Of a DNA stretch of 64,000 nucleotides, positions 27,391 to 38,124 are shown one piece after another; position 1 is the stretch's first letter; every line of letters begins with the position of its first letter. The stretch comes from an uncultured delta proteobacterium. GTDB taxonomy: Bacteria > Myxococcota_A > Polyangia > Polyangiales > Polyangiaceae. The stretch spans positions 352,001-416,000 of the forward strand of contig CAWAIF010000003.1 of NCBI GenBank assembly GCA_963782055.1, given 5' to 3'. Below the pieces are notes generated by a model, which worked only from the letters and a program-made list of their open reading frames with translations, had not been told where the DNA came from and did no database searches. A program made the position numbers and the translations under genes.

Positions 27391-28328
27391 AGGTCCTGGT
27401 GCCGGGGATCTCCGGGCTGTTCGCGCGCATCGTCGCGCGCAAGCTGCTGGAGCACGGGCACGTGGTCGCGGGCATCGACGCGCGCCCGTGGCCGGACGCG
27501 CCGGCGGGCGTCACGGTGCACCTGCACGACATCCGCAAGCGCGCGGCGGAGGACGTGTTCCGCACCTTCGCGCCGGACGCGGTGATCCACATGGGCACCG
27601 TCACGCACCTGCGCGAGAAGAGCGAGGATCGCTATCGCGTCAACCTGGGCGGCACGCGCGCGGTGTTCGACCACTGCCACACCTACGGCGTGCCGACGGT
27701 CATCTTCGTCGGGCGCCACACGTACTACGGCGCCTCGGCGGACTCGCCGCTCTACCACACGGAGGAGGAGCCGCCCTCGGGCGCGACGCACTTCCCGGAG
27801 CTGGCCGATCTGGTCGCCGCCGACCTGTACGCGGGCTCGGCGCTGTGGCGCTACCCCGAGCTGTGCACCATCGTGCTGCGCCTCTGCTACACGCTGGGAC
27901 CCACCCACCACGGGACGCTCGCGTCCTTCCTCGCGAGCTCGCGCGTGCCGACAGTGCTGGGCTTCGACCCGCTGTTCCACTTCATGCACGAACAGGACGC
28001 GGCCGCGGGGATCGTCACGGCGCTGGAGGCGAAGCAGCGCGGGGTCTACAACGTGTCCGGCCCGCCGCCGCTGCCGCTCTCGATCATCATCCGGGCGGCG
28101 GGTTGCAGGCAGGTGCCGGTGCCGGAGCCGCTCTTCCGCCTGCTGCTCGGCCACTTCGGGCTTCCCCGGCTGTCGGAGGGCGCCATCGCGCACATCAAGT
28201 ACCCGATCGTGATCGACAGCATGCGCTTCCGGAAGCTCACCGGGTTCCGCTTCGAGTACGACGCGCCGGCGACGATCGAGTCGTTCCGCGCGTCACACGG
28301 CACGCGCCGCTCTTCGCCGCCGGAGTAG
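27387..28328 (+). CDS. NAD-dependent epimerase/dehydratase (extended SDR)
   Basis: [32 protein letters not shown] overlap with the acyltransferase. Confidence 0.88.
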   Translation: MKVLVPGISGLFARIVARKLLEHGHVVAGIDARPWPDAPAGVTVHLHDIRKRAAEDVFRTFAPDAVIHMGTVTHLREKSEDRYRVNLGGTRAVFDHCHTYGVPTVIFVGRHTYYGASADSPLYHTEEEPPSGATHFPELADLVAADLYAGSALWRYPELCTIVLRLCYTLGPTHHGTLASFLASSRVPTVLGFDPLFHFMHEQDAAAGIVTALEAKQRGVYNVSGPPPLPLSIIIRAAGCRQVPVPEPLFRLLLGHFGLPRLSEGAIAHIKYPIVIDSMRFRKLTGFRFEYDAPATIESFRASHGTRRSSPPE

Positions 28329-28373
28329 GTTGGGCGGCGCCAGGTTCGGGGCGCCGAGTGTATGCTCCCCGCC

Positions 28374-29189
28374 ATGAAGCGCTCCGGGTGGATGCCGATC
28401 GTCGTCGTGTCTCTCTGCGCGTGCGGAGGCGCGAGCCCCGCGCCCGCGTCGTCTCCGGCCACGGCGGTGGCGCCGTCCGCGTCCGGCACCGCGTCGGCCG
28501 TCGTCGTGCCTGCAGCCGTCCGCGCGGCGGTGGACGCGCCGGACCGCAGCGCCGACGATCGCGCGCTGGACGCGGGGCGCCACCCCGCCGAGACGCTCGC
28601 GTACTTCGGCATCGCGCCGGGGATGAAGGTGGCGGAGCTCGGGGCGGGCACCGGCTACACGACGGAGCTGCTCGCGCGCACGGTCGGCGCGGGCGGGACG
28701 GTCTTCGCGCAGAACAACCGGTTCGTGCTGGAGAAGTTCGCCGAGAAGCCGTGGAGCGCGCGCCTCGCGGAGCCGGTGATGAAGAACGTGGTGCGCGTGG
28801 ACCGGGAGTTCGACGACCCGCTCCCCCCGGAGGCGCACGACCTCGACGCGGTGGTGATGATCCTCTTCTATCACGACACCTTCTGGCTCGGCGCCGACCA
28901 GGCCAAGATGAACGCGGCCGTCTTCCGCGCGCTCAAGCACGGCGGTGTCTACGGGATCGTCGACCACCGCGCGGCCGACGGCGCGGGCGCCACGGCGGCG
29001 CAGACGCTCCATCGCATCGACGAGAAGCTGGTCGTCCAGCAGGTGAAGGCCGCGGGCTTCGTGCTCGACGGCGAGGCTGACTTTCTGCGCAACGCCGCGG
29101 ACGCCCACGACTGGAACGCCTCGCCGCGCGCCGCGGGGGTGCGCCGCGGCACGAGCGACCGCTTCGTGCTCCGCTTCAAGAAGCCCTGA
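28374..29189 (+). CDS. Exported predicted SAM-dependent methyltransferase (lipoprotein)
   Basis: LCA-C lipobox; RHPAETLAYFG, ELGAGTGY, FYHD, ALKHGG, IVDH, SDRFVLRF. Confidence 0.88.
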   Translation: MKRSGWMPIVVVSLCACGGASPAPASSPATAVAPSASGTASAVVVPAAVRAAVDAPDRSADDRALDAGRHPAETLAYFGIAPGMKVAELGAGTGYTTELLARTVGAGGTVFAQNNRFVLEKFAEKPWSARLAEPVMKNVVRVDREFDDPLPPEAHDLDAVVMILFYHDTFWLGADQAKMNAAVFRALKHGGVYGIVDHRAADGAGATAAQTLHRIDEKLVVQQVKAAGFVLDGEADFLRNAADAHDWNASPRAAGVRRGTSDRFVLRFKKP

Positions 29190-29262
29190 CGTTCGCGCGC
29201 GTGCGGACCGCCGTACAAGAAGCGCTGGCGGGCGCGTGCGGACCGACTAGATTGCGCGGCCG

Positions 29263-30354
29263 ATGCCCAGCCTCTTCGACCCGCTCGTCTTCCGCAACGG
29301 CGTCCGCGCCAAGAACCGCGTGGTGCTCGCACCGATGACCAACCCGCAGAGTCACGAGGACGGCACCCTCGGCGAGGACGAGCTGCGCTGGCTCCTCATG
29401 CGCGCGGAGGGCGGCTTCGGCGTGGTGACAACGTGCGCGGCGCACGTGGCAAAGGACGGGCAGGGCTTCCCCCACGAGCTCGGCGCCTTCGACGAGATGC
29501 ACCTGCCCGGCCTCACGCGGCTGGCGACCGAGCTGCGCGCGCGGGGGGCGACGTCCATCCTGCAGCTCGTCCACGCGGGCCTGCGCGCGCCCTCGCGGCT
29601 CACCGGATCGCAGCCCTGGAGCGCCAGCGAGGCGGCGGAGGGGCCAGGCGCTCCGGACTCGGCACGCGCCGCGACCGAGGAGGACCTCCGCCGCGTCATC
29701 GGACAGTTCGGCGACGCGGCGGACCGCGCGCGTCGAGCGGGCTTCGATGGCGTGGAGATCCACGGCGCGCACGGCTACCTCCTCACCCAGTTCCTCAGCG
29801 TTCAGACCAATCGCCGCGATGACGCGTGGGGCGGTTCCCTCGAGCATCGCGCGCGCATCGTGCGCGAGGTGGCCCGCGCGATCCGAGCGCGCGCGCCGGC
29901 GTCCTTCGTGGTGGGCGTACGCATCTCGCCGGAGGACTTCGGGCAGGCGAAGGGTCTCGACCTGGACGAGTCGGTCCAGGTGGCGCAGTGGCTCGCCCTC
30001 GATGGCGTGGACTACGTCCACCTCTCCCTGTGGGACGTGAACCCGCCCTCGAAGAAGTACCCCGACCGCCACGCCATCGCGGTCTTTCGCGACGCACTCC
30101 CGCGCGACCTCCCCATCATCGCGGCGGGCTCGGTGTGGACACGCCAGGAGGCCGAGCGGGTGCTGGAGCTCGGGGCCGACGCCGTGGCGCTGGCGCGCGC
30201 GGCCATCGTCAACCCGGAGTGGGCGAACCGCGCGGCGGACCCCTTGTGGGAGCCCCGCCGCCCTCCGCTGACGCCGGAGGAGCTCCACGAGCGCGGTGTG
30301 AGCCCGCCCTTCGTCGAGTACGTCCGCCGCTGGAAGAACTTCGTCGCCCCCTGA
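29263..30354 (+). CDS. NADH:flavin oxidoreductase (Old Yellow Enzyme family)
   Basis: KNRVVLAPMT, AGFDGVEIHGAHGYLLTQFLS, NRRDDAWGGS. Confidence 0.96.
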   Translation: MPSLFDPLVFRNGVRAKNRVVLAPMTNPQSHEDGTLGEDELRWLLMRAEGGFGVVTTCAAHVAKDGQGFPHELGAFDEMHLPGLTRLATELRARGATSILQLVHAGLRAPSRLTGSQPWSASEAAEGPGAPDSARAATEEDLRRVIGQFGDAADRARRAGFDGVEIHGAHGYLLTQFLSVQTNRRDDAWGGSLEHRARIVREVARAIRARAPASFVVGVRISPEDFGQAKGLDLDESVQVAQWLALDGVDYVHLSLWDVNPPSKKYPDRHAIAVFRDALPRDLPIIAAGSVWTRQEAERVLELGADAVALARAAIVNPEWANRAADPLWEPRRPPLTPEELHERGVSPPFVEYVRRWKNFVAP

Positions 30355-30476
30355 CCTGACGCGCCAGCCCCGCCCCTGCCGCCACCCCTGTCCCGGGACA
30401 CCCCCCCAGGCCACCCATGCCACCCACGTTTCGACGCCAGATCATTAGCAAGCACTCGAAAGGGCCTCGAAACGTA

Positions 30477-30530
30477 GGGGGGCGGGGGGGGGGGAGAAGG
30501 GGGGGCACGGGGTGTGCAGTGGGGGAGGGG
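30477..30530 (+). repeat. Cluster of G homopolymer runs upstream of the MarR gene
   Basis: G6, G11, G7, G4, G5 and G4 runs ending right before ATG 30531. Confidence 0.85.
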
Positions 30531-31037
30531 ATGGATGCCATCATGTTCGGGCTCAAGCGGGCCTATCAGTCGACGCTCACCCTCGGGCGCGCCATCTGTT
30601 CCAAGTTTGCGCAGGGGCTGACGCCGGCGCGGCTGGACATGATGTACGCGATTCACGACAACGCGATGAACTACGTGACGCAGATGAAGCTGCGCCGGCT
30701 GCTCGGGGTGTCGCGGCCGACGGTCAGTCGCATGTTGAAATCGCTCGAGGGGCTGGGATGGGTGGAGCGCGGCCCGGGGCCGCACCTGGACAGGCGCACC
30801 CGCAAGGTGCGGCTCACCGAGCGCGGCGTCGCGCTGCTCAAGCGCGTGCTCGCCGCCGTCCTCGCCACCGACATGGTGAAGTTCATCGTCGACACCTCGC
30901 TCTCGATGGGGAGGTTCTGGGACGCAGGCCGCTGTCTGGTGGAGCGCGATCGCACCGAGGGCATCCTGCGGCGCATACGGCACGACTTCGGCGACACCGC
31001 GAGCATCGAGTACCCGTGGGACCACCCCGACGACTGA
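30531..31037 (+). CDS. MarR-family transcriptional regulator
   Basis: GLTPARLDMM, LGVSRPTVSRMLKSLEGLGWVER, DRRTRKVRLTERG. Confidence 0.9.
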   Translation: MDAIMFGLKRAYQSTLTLGRAICSKFAQGLTPARLDMMYAIHDNAMNYVTQMKLRRLLGVSRPTVSRMLKSLEGLGWVERGPGPHLDRRTRKVRLTERGVALLKRVLAAVLATDMVKFIVDTSLSMGRFWDAGRCLVERDRTEGILRRIRHDFGDTASIEYPWDHPDD

Positions 31038-31127
31038 CGCGCGGGCCATCCGGGCGGGCGCCCCGCAACGCCCCCCACACATCGTGATCGCTTGACGGAC
31101 CGCTGTGCCCTTGCAAGCCTGCGGTTC

Positions 31128-32654
31128 ATGCTGCGCGCCTCGCACCTGGCCTGGGTCGCCGCGGCGCTGGCGGTCGCCGGTGCGTGCGGAGCGTGCGACG
31201 CGTGCGACGCGAACCGATCCGCGGCGGACGCCGGCTCGCCTCCCGTTGCCTCCACCACCACCCTCACCGTCGCCCCCCCCGTGCCTAAGGTCGCGTGGGA
31301 CCCGAAGGTGAAGGCGGACGCCATCGCCCGCGGCAAGGAGGTCTTCGCCAAGAACGAGTGCACCCGCTGCCACGTCATCGACGACGTGGCGAAGCCGACG
31401 CGCCCCAACCACTGCACCGGGTGCCACGAGTTCCTGCATGGTCTGAAGCCGGGCGGGCGCCAGTACGAGGAGATCAAGGCCAAGTACGGTCCGGGCATCC
31501 TGGAGCGCTACCAGAGGAACATCGTCGACCTGCTCCACGTGCCCAACCTGAGCGACATCGGCAAGCGGGTGCGCGGCGACTACATCGCCAGGTTCCTGGC
31601 CGAGCCCTACGACCAGCGCCCGACACTGGACGACAGCATGATCCGCCACAAGCTCTCGCCCGACGAGATCAAGGCGGTGGTGCGTTACTTCGTGGCCGTC
31701 TCCGACGCGCCGGACCCCTACGCCCCCGGCTACGCCGCCCCGACGCTCCCGCCGAAGCCGGACGCGGCGCGCCTGCAGCAGGGCAAGCACCTCTTCATGT
31801 CGCGCGGGTGCACCGCGTGCCACACCTTCGGCAACGTCGAGACCGGCATGACGCGTCAGGGGCTGGAGGGCGCCGCCGCGGCCAACGCGCTCGCTCCCAA
31901 CCTGCGCTTCGCCCCCGAGCGCACCCGCCCGGACGTCATCGTCTCGTGGATCGTCAACGCTCCCTCCATCCTGCCCGGCACCGCCATGCCGCCCGGCGCG
32001 GTCAGCGTGTCGGAGGCCGAGTCCATCCGCGACTGGCTGTTCTACGCCGACCCCGAGCTCAAGCCCGCCCCGCCGCCGCCCGCCCAGCCGGACATCGAGA
32101 TCCTGAATCGCCCGGTGCCCTACGCGGAGATGAAGGAGAAGGTGCTCGGCAAGGTGTGCGTCCACTGCCACATGAACGACTTCGAGAAGGACACCGGTCC
32201 CGGCAACGGCGGCGGCTTCGGCTACCACGGCATCGGCCTGGCGATGCGCACCTACGAGGCGCTCGTGCACGGCGCCGTCGGCGCCGACGGCAAGCGCTAT
32301 TCCGTGCTCATCCCACGCAAGGGCGAGAAGTACGCCCCCCTCCTCGAGGCGATGCTCCGCCGCCGCGTGGAAGAGCAGCGCGATCACGTCCCCGCCTTCG
32401 ACGACTACGAGCGCCCGCACTACCCCGAGCGCCTCGGCATGCCGATGGGCCTCCCCGCGATGAGCGCCGACGCGATGAGCTTGCTGGCGACCTGGATCGT
32501 GCAGGGCTGCCAGGGACCGACGAAGGTCATCGGCAAGCCAGGCGTCGGCGACGGCTACCTCGTGCAGGACGGCCCGCTGAAGAAGAACAAGGGCTGCGAG
32601 CTGCGAAACCCCGAGCACCCCCGCCCGGCCTGGGCCTACGACCAGAAGAAGTAG
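31128..32654 (+). CDS. Exported multiheme cytochrome c (4 CxxCH)
   Basis: CTRCH, CTGCH, CTACH, CVHCH; PGTAMP distal-Met-like motif; signal with AGA-C. Confidence 0.88.
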   Translation: MLRASHLAWVAAALAVAGACGACDACDANRSAADAGSPPVASTTTLTVAPPVPKVAWDPKVKADAIARGKEVFAKNECTRCHVIDDVAKPTRPNHCTGCHEFLHGLKPGGRQYEEIKAKYGPGILERYQRNIVDLLHVPNLSDIGKRVRGDYIARFLAEPYDQRPTLDDSMIRHKLSPDEIKAVVRYFVAVSDAPDPYAPGYAAPTLPPKPDAARLQQGKHLFMSRGCTACHTFGNVETGMTRQGLEGAAAANALAPNLRFAPERTRPDVIVSWIVNAPSILPGTAMPPGAVSVSEAESIRDWLFYADPELKPAPPPPAQPDIEILNRPVPYAEMKEKVLGKVCVHCHMNDFEKDTGPGNGGGFGYHGIGLAMRTYEALVHGAVGADGKRYSVLIPRKGEKYAPLLEAMLRRRVEEQRDHVPAFDDYERPHYPERLGMPMGLPAMSADAMSLLATWIVQGCQGPTKVIGKPGVGDGYLVQDGPLKKNKGCELRNPEHPRPAWAYDQKK

Positions 32655-32869
32655 CCGCGCCGCCCGTCAGCCGCGCCGCCATCGGCCACGTCGCGTCAGC
32701 CGGGTCCCGTCAGCCGCGCGCGGCGATCTGCGCCACGCTCGGCCCCAGCACCAGCACCGTCCCCGCCGACGTGCCAGACGCGCGCACCGCTCGCCGCGTC
32801 CAGTCCGACGATGCCCTTGTGCGACGCGACGACCAGCACCTCCCGCGCCGGCGCCGTGCGATACGTGCA

Positions 32870-34825
32870 TCACTGCAGGTAGCCCGCCGCGCTCAGCAGC
32901 GCGACCAGCACCCCGAGCAGGCTCTCCCCCGCGATGATCCCCGACGCCACCGGGATGACGTACCGCTCCGCGTGGTCCTTCTTCATCTTCGTCCAGACCG
33001 CCGCGATCACCGCGCCGATGAACATGCTCAGCGAGTTGAAGAAGGGGATCACCAGCGCCAGCCCGATGCCCATCGCGCTCGGCACGTACTTCTTGTGCTT
33101 CGGGAAGGCGAGCTCCAGGAGCGGCAGGATGAGCCCGATGATGCCGCCGATGATGGCGCCCCACCGCGCCCACGGGTGCAGCGACTCCACGCCGTGCGCC
33201 AGCACCTCCGCCACGCCCTTCCACACCTGCGCGCTCGGCGCGGGGAAGCGGTCGGTGCCCAGCGCGTCCGGCGTCGGCACCAGCTTGTAGAACGCCGGCA
33301 CCACCACGAGCGTCCCCACCACGGTGCCGGAGAGCTGCGCCAGGAACTGCTGCCGCGGGTTGGCGCCGAGCAGGTACCCGCTCTTCAGGTCGGTGAGCAG
33401 GTCGGCGGAGCTCCCCGCCGCTCCCGCCGTGATGCTCGCCGTCATCAGGTTGGTGGTGATGTTGGTGGGGGCGATGACGCCGTAGGTCAGCTGCGTGATC
33501 TTGCCCATCGCGCCGACGGGCGTCGTGTCCGTCTCGCCGGTGGCGCGGCACGCGACGATCGCCAGCACGAACGCCAGGATGACCGCCAGCACCCCCAGCC
33601 ACGGGGCGATGTGGAAGGAGAACCAGCCGACCACCACCAGGCCGATCGTCGCGAAGGCCACGCCGATGACGAACCACGACGATGGCACCTCGATGCGGTC
33701 CATCTCCTCGCGGATCACCTCCATGTCGTCGGTGTCCGCAGCGTCGCGGTACGGCGCCTTCTTCGCCTTGCTCTTGCGGCGCAGCATCTTCCCGAACCCG
33801 CTGAAGGCGCGCAGCACCGTGCGCCACTGCAGGCCGAAGGTGAGCAGCCCGGAGGTCACCATCATCGCAGCGCCCGGCCACAGGCTGAGCGACACGATCG
33901 TCCGGTACCCGAGCTCCGGTGTGCCGTCCGCTCCGGGGTGCGTGGCGATGACCCCGTGCGCCAGCGCCGCCGGCGCGAAGATGCCATAGTTGATGGCCGC
34001 GCCGATCAGCATGCTGATGGTCGTGCGCAGCCCCATCAGCGCGCCCGCCGCGATGAAGATGAGCGAGCCCTCGAAGCTGATCGTGTACTTGATGAGCGCG
34101 AGGCCCTTGAGCTTCAGCCCGCCGAAGGGGATCTGCGAGGGGATCTTGCTCAGCTTCGTGAGCACCCCGAGGATCGGGTGGCCCGCGGCGGCGTGCGCGT
34201 CGCGCAGCCAGGTGACCGCGGCGCCCACGCCCATCGCGATGAACAGCGCGCGCGCCTTGTCCAGCGCCTCCTTGCCCGCGCCGTAGAGCGATCGCAACGT
34301 CTCCGCCGCGGCGATGCCGGAGGGGAAGCGGAGCTGCTCGATGTTGATCATCTGCCGCTTCATGGGGATGGCCATCACCGTCCCGAGCACCGCCAGGAAG
34401 AACGTCCAGCTCATGAGCGTCGGCCACGGAAGGTGGTGCCCCTGCACGAGGAGCAGCGCGCAGATCGCCGATGTCGTCACCCCGCCGGTCGAGTAGCCCG
34501 CCGCCGACGCGGTGGACTGCATCGCGTTGTTCTCCAGCAGCGTCATGTTCGTGCCGAAGACGCTCGGCGCGATCTTCGCGAGCGTGGAGTAGACGGCGAA
34601 GGAGAGGATGCACGCGGTGATGGCGACCCCCAGCCCCCACCCCGTCTTCAACCCGACGTACAGGTTGGACAGCGCCATCAGCGCGCCCAGCAGGCTGCCC
34701 ATCACGAAGGAGCGGAGGGTGAACTGCCGCACGTTGCCGCGGTAGACCGTCCGGAACCAGTCGACCTCCGGGTCCCCCGTCGGCTCGTACGCGGGGCGCT
34801 CGTCCTCGGCGGTGGGCTCGGGCAT
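32870..34825 (-). CDS. OPT-family oligopeptide transporter
   Basis: NLYVGLKTGW, LENNAMQS, LRFPSG, DLKSGYLLGANPR, PAPSAQVW. Confidence 0.95.
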   Translation of the reverse strand: MPEPTAEDERPAYEPTGDPEVDWFRTVYRGNVRQFTLRSFVMGSLLGALMALSNLYVGLKTGWGLGVAITACILSFAVYSTLAKIAPSVFGTNMTLLENNAMQSTASAAGYSTGGVTTSAICALLLVQGHHLPWPTLMSWTFFLAVLGTVMAIPMKRQMINIEQLRFPSGIAAAETLRSLYGAGKEALDKARALFIAMGVGAAVTWLRDAHAAAGHPILGVLTKLSKIPSQIPFGGLKLKGLALIKYTISFEGSLIFIAAGALMGLRTTISMLIGAAINYGIFAPAALAHGVIATHPGADGTPELGYRTIVSLSLWPGAAMMVTSGLLTFGLQWRTVLRAFSGFGKMLRRKSKAKKAPYRDAADTDDMEVIREEMDRIEVPSSWFVIGVAFATIGLVVVGWFSFHIAPWLGVLAVILAFVLAIVACRATGETDTTPVGAMGKITQLTYGVIAPTNITTNLMTASITAGAAGSSADLLTDLKSGYLLGANPRQQFLAQLSGTVVGTLVVVPAFYKLVPTPDALGTDRFPAPSAQVWKGVAEVLAHGVESLHPWARWGAIIGGIIGLILPLLELAFPKHKKYVPSAMGIGLALVIPFFNSLSMFIGAVIAAVWTKMKKDHAERYVIPVASGIIAGESLLGVLVALLSAAGYLQ

Positions 34826-34892
34826 CGGTGGTGTATACACGCGCCGCCGTGCGGCCAAAAGCGGCCGTTTTCGCTCGGCGCGGACGCCGCGG

Positions 34893-37800
34893 CTACTGCT
34901 TGGCGCAGCGCAACACGGTGCGCCCGCGGTTGGTGAAGACCGCGACGTCCATGGCCCTGCCCGTCGACTTGGGGAGGGGCCCCGCCGCCGCGAGGTTGCC
35001 CACGCGCGTGGAGAGCTTCTCGACGCACACCGTCCCCGGACCGAGCCGGTAGCGCGCCACCGGTTGACGGGACGAGAAGGAGGCGACGTACCGGCCGCTG
35101 CGCGCGTCGTGCTGCACGACCGTGGCGCCCCCCGGCCACCGGCTGTCGAGCACCCAGCCACCGTCGGCGGGGCCGCACACGTCCAGGTGCATCCCGGAGA
35201 AGTCGGAGGCTCCCAGCCGCTCCGGCTCGCCGGTGGCGCCCGTCGCCTCGTCGATGGGGAGCGCCCAGAGCTGCGGGGCCCAGCGGTCGGGACGCGTGTC
35301 GCCGTCCATCCGCGGCGGCCCCTGCACGATCGCCCCGAGGCCGGAGCCGTCGGCGCGTCGCGCGACCCGCACCGGCGGCGCCACCTGCGCGTGGTAGCCG
35401 GCGCGGGGCAGGCGCAGAAGCTCGCGCGCCACGCCGCTCTCCACCGCGTAGATCACCTCCTCCGGCGGGTCGGTGGAGGGCACCGCGAGGTACCACTTGC
35501 CGTGTAGCCGCGTGGCCGAGTCGATCATCCCGAGCAGCGACCCGTCGGGTTGCGTGATCTCCACCGGCGCGCGGTCGCTCTCCAGCTCCACCGCGACGGT
35601 GTCGTCCGTGCTCCCGGCGCCGTAGCCGTGCCGCGCCACCATCATCAGCGCGTGGCTGGCATCGTCCCCCGGCACCATGCTCGCCGAGGCGAAGCGGTGC
35701 GGGGGCGCCCCGCCGAGCGAGGCGAAGTTCGTCGCGTCCACCAGGAACCGCGGGATGGGGATCGCCAGCGTGGTGTGCAGGCTCGTCGAGGGCTCGTATG
35801 GAGAGGTCCAGCGCACGACGAACTTGCCCTTCATCGCCCACTCGATGCCCTTCGGTCCCCAGGAGTAGAAGTGCATGAGCGGGCCGACGTCGACGCGCCC
35901 CAGCCCCAGCGAGGTCGCCGCGCGGTCGAAGACGTCGTCGGCACGCTGCCCGAACGGCTGCTCCTCCGTCCCCAGCCTGGGCGCCTCCATCGCGTAGAAG
36001 GACGACCAGTCACTGGCCTGGCCGTAGCCGTAACGGCCGTAGACGCCGTAGCGCCCGTAGCGCGGGTAAGGCCGCGGGCCGACGTACGACGAGACCGCGG
36101 CGTTGGCCGCCGGCGGGGAAGGCTTGCCGACCAGCTCGCAGCGCAGGTCCAGGCGCTCCGGCGACGGGACGTGCGACATGGCGACGGTCGGCACCGCAGC
36201 ATCCGCGGTGCGATCGTCCTCTCCGCCCGTGCCGCCCCAGCCCACCCGCAGCCAGCCGGCGAGCTCGCAACCCACCGGACCGCAGCCGTGGAAGAGGCCC
36301 GGCCTGCGGTGCTGATCGATCGGCTGCGGGAGCGTCACGTTCTGCCAGTGCATGCCGCCGTCGGTCGTCTCGAAGCTCAGCCGCGACGCGGTCCAGCCCA
36401 CGCCGTAGCGACCGGACACCATCACCGTGCCGAGCTCCTTCACGTAGCTGCCGTGCTTCGTCTTGCCGTCGAGGGCGACACGCACGCCGAGGAACGTGCC
36501 GGAGAGCTCCACCCACCCGCTGAGCACGCCAGGCTCGCGCTCCTCGAAGCCCTCCATCCAGGTGCCGCTGCGCAGCACGCCGAGGGCGTGCTGCTCGCTG
36601 GCCGCGGCGTCGTCGTCATCGCCCGGGGCGACCACCGGCTTGACGAAGGTGAGCGGGCGCGTCGTGGCGTGGGCGCCGTCCAGCAGCGTGAGGCGCGCGG
36701 TGGCGAGGTCTCCCGAAGGCGGCGAGAGGATGGCCGTGCGACCGTCGCGCAGCGCGACCACGCGCTCGCCGCCCACCTCGCCGCGCACGTCGAGCTCGCG
36801 CCAGGTGCCGTCCACGCCGCGCACGCAGTAGGTGTGCATGCCGGGCGTGGCGTCGTCGGCGGCGTCCGCGTCGCACGCGCCGTGCACCACGATCGCCCCG
36901 TTCCCCGAGCTCATCGCCGCGCGCGGGTTGTCCCACTGCTTCAGCAGCGCGAGACGCGCTTCGTGCGCGTGCCACGCGTAGATCGCCGTGCGGCCGTGCG
37001 GCTCGCCGCACACGAAGCCGAACGCGCCCGGCTCCGCCGGCCGGGCCAGCGGGATGGGGTGGCACCGCGAGGGGGCGAGCGGGTACGCGTCGGCCACCGC
37101 CTCCACCACGCGCCCGTCGGCGAGCCGCACTCGCGCCAGCGTACCGTCGCGCGCCACCAGCGCCGTCCCGTCGGGGAGCGGCCAGCCGTCCTCCACCGCC
37201 GCCGCCAGCGGGCGCTTGCCGAGCACGCGCGCCGGGCCCTCCGACCGCGCGTCCACCACCGGCGTCGCCGCCCGGGTAGGCGCCTCCGTCAGACGTCCGA
37301 CCGCGCCGTCCCCGTGCAGCTCCATCCACTGCGTCGACTTGCCCGCCTCCGGGCCTGCGATCGCGACGGCGCCGCTGTCCTCGACGAGCTTCGTCGGTTC
37401 GAAGGGCAGCGGCACCTTCTGCCACCGCGCGCCGGCGTCGAACGTCGCCACCAGACCGCGCAGATCGGTGACGGCCACCGCGCGCCATCCGTCGACGGCG
37501 AGGTAGTCGCCCACCTCCGGCCCGCCCGGCCACGGACCGAGGTCGAGCAATCTGCCCGACGCCGGGTCGAACGCCGCGTAGGCATGGTTGTTCAGCCGCA
37601 CGTACGCGCGGTCCAGGCCGACGAACAGCCGCGTCGGCACCATCGGCGCGACGTAGATGCGGCGCAGCGGCGCGAGCCACGTGTCCGCGCGCCAGACCAT
37701 CGAGTTGATGAGGAACAGAAAGCCGCCGCCCATCCGCGCGGGCACCGCGATGGTCGCACTGGGCGGCTGCGGGAGCTGGTCCAGCGCGGACAGCACGCCG

Positions 37801-38069
37801 CCGCCGGGCAGGTTCACCACGCGCACCCCGGATGTGATGGTGCGCAGCCCGCCGCCCGGTTCCACGCCGAAGGTCACGTCGTCGGCGCGCAGCTCCGCGG
37901 GGACGATGCGCGGGGGGTGCACCGTCGGGTCCGCCAGGGGGGCGGCCTCCGCCGTGCGCAGTGCGACGGTGGGTGGAGGCGTCTCCGCGCCGCGGGCGGC
38001 GCACGCGGCGGCGAAGAGGCTGAATGCAGCGAGGGCCCGGGACGTCGTCACGAGGCTTGAACGTAGCAC
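34893..38069 (-). CDS. Large hypothetical lipoprotein (BNR-like motifs)
   Basis: FAAA-C lipobox; TFDAGARW and TTDGGMHW Asp-box-like motifs; start uncertain. Confidence 0.75.
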   Translation of the reverse strand: MLRSSLVTTSRALAAFSLFAAACAARGAETPPPTVALRTAEAAPLADPTVHPPRIVPAELRADDVTFGVEPGGGLRTITSGVRVVNLPGGGVLSALDQLPQPPSATIAVPARMGGGFLFLINSMVWRADTWLAPLRRIYVAPMVPTRLFVGLDRAYVRLNNHAYAAFDPASGRLLDLGPWPGGPEVGDYLAVDGWRAVAVTDLRGLVATFDAGARWQKVPLPFEPTKLVEDSGAVAIAGPEAGKSTQWMELHGDGAVGRLTEAPTRAATPVVDARSEGPARVLGKRPLAAAVEDGWPLPDGTALVARDGTLARVRLADGRVVEAVADAYPLAPSRCHPIPLARPAEPGAFGFVCGEPHGRTAIYAWHAHEARLALLKQWDNPRAAMSSGNGAIVVHGACDADAADDATPGMHTYCVRGVDGTWRELDVRGEVGGERVVALRDGRTAILSPPSGDLATARLTLLDGAHATTRPLTFVKPVVAPGDDDDAAASEQHALGVLRSGTWMEGFEEREPGVLSGWVELSGTFLGVRVALDGKTKHGSYVKELGTVMVSGRYGVGWTASRLSFETTDGGMHWQNVTLPQPIDQHRRPGLFHGCGPVGCELAGWLRVGWGGTGGEDDRTADAAVPTVAMSHVPSPERLDLRCELVGKPSPPAANAAVSSYVGPRPYPRYGRYGVYGRYGYGQASDWSSFYAMEAPRLGTEEQPFGQRADDVFDRAATSLGLGRVDVGPLMHFYSWGPKGIEWAMKGKFVVRWTSPYEPSTSLHTTLAIPIPRFLVDATNFASLGGAPPHRFASASMVPGDDASHALMMVARHGYGAGSTDDTVAVELESDRAPVEITQPDGSLLGMIDSATRLHGKWYLAVPSTDPPEEVIYAVESGVARELLRLPRAGYHAQVAPPVRVARRADGSGLGAIVQGPPRMDGDTRPDRWAPQLWALPIDEATGATGEPERLGASDFSGMHLDVCGPADGGWVLDSRWPGGATVVQHDARSGRYVASFSSRQPVARYRLGPGTVCVEKLSTRVGNLAAAGPLPKSTGRAMDVAVFTNRGRTVLRCAKQ

Positions 38070-38124
38070 CGGGCGCGGGCCTTGGATTGCCGGCGCGCCC
38101 GCCTTGCTCTACACCGGGACCTGC

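Noticed and set aside
29263..30354. Flavin oxidoreductase as the azoline dehydrogenase for YcaO
   Set aside because: It is an Old Yellow Enzyme-type protein rather than the nitroreductase-fold SagB type, and lies 7 kb away among unrelated genes
32655..32869. GTCAGCCG occurring three times between convergent genes
   Set aside because: Too short and irregular to distinguish from chance in GC-rich DNA
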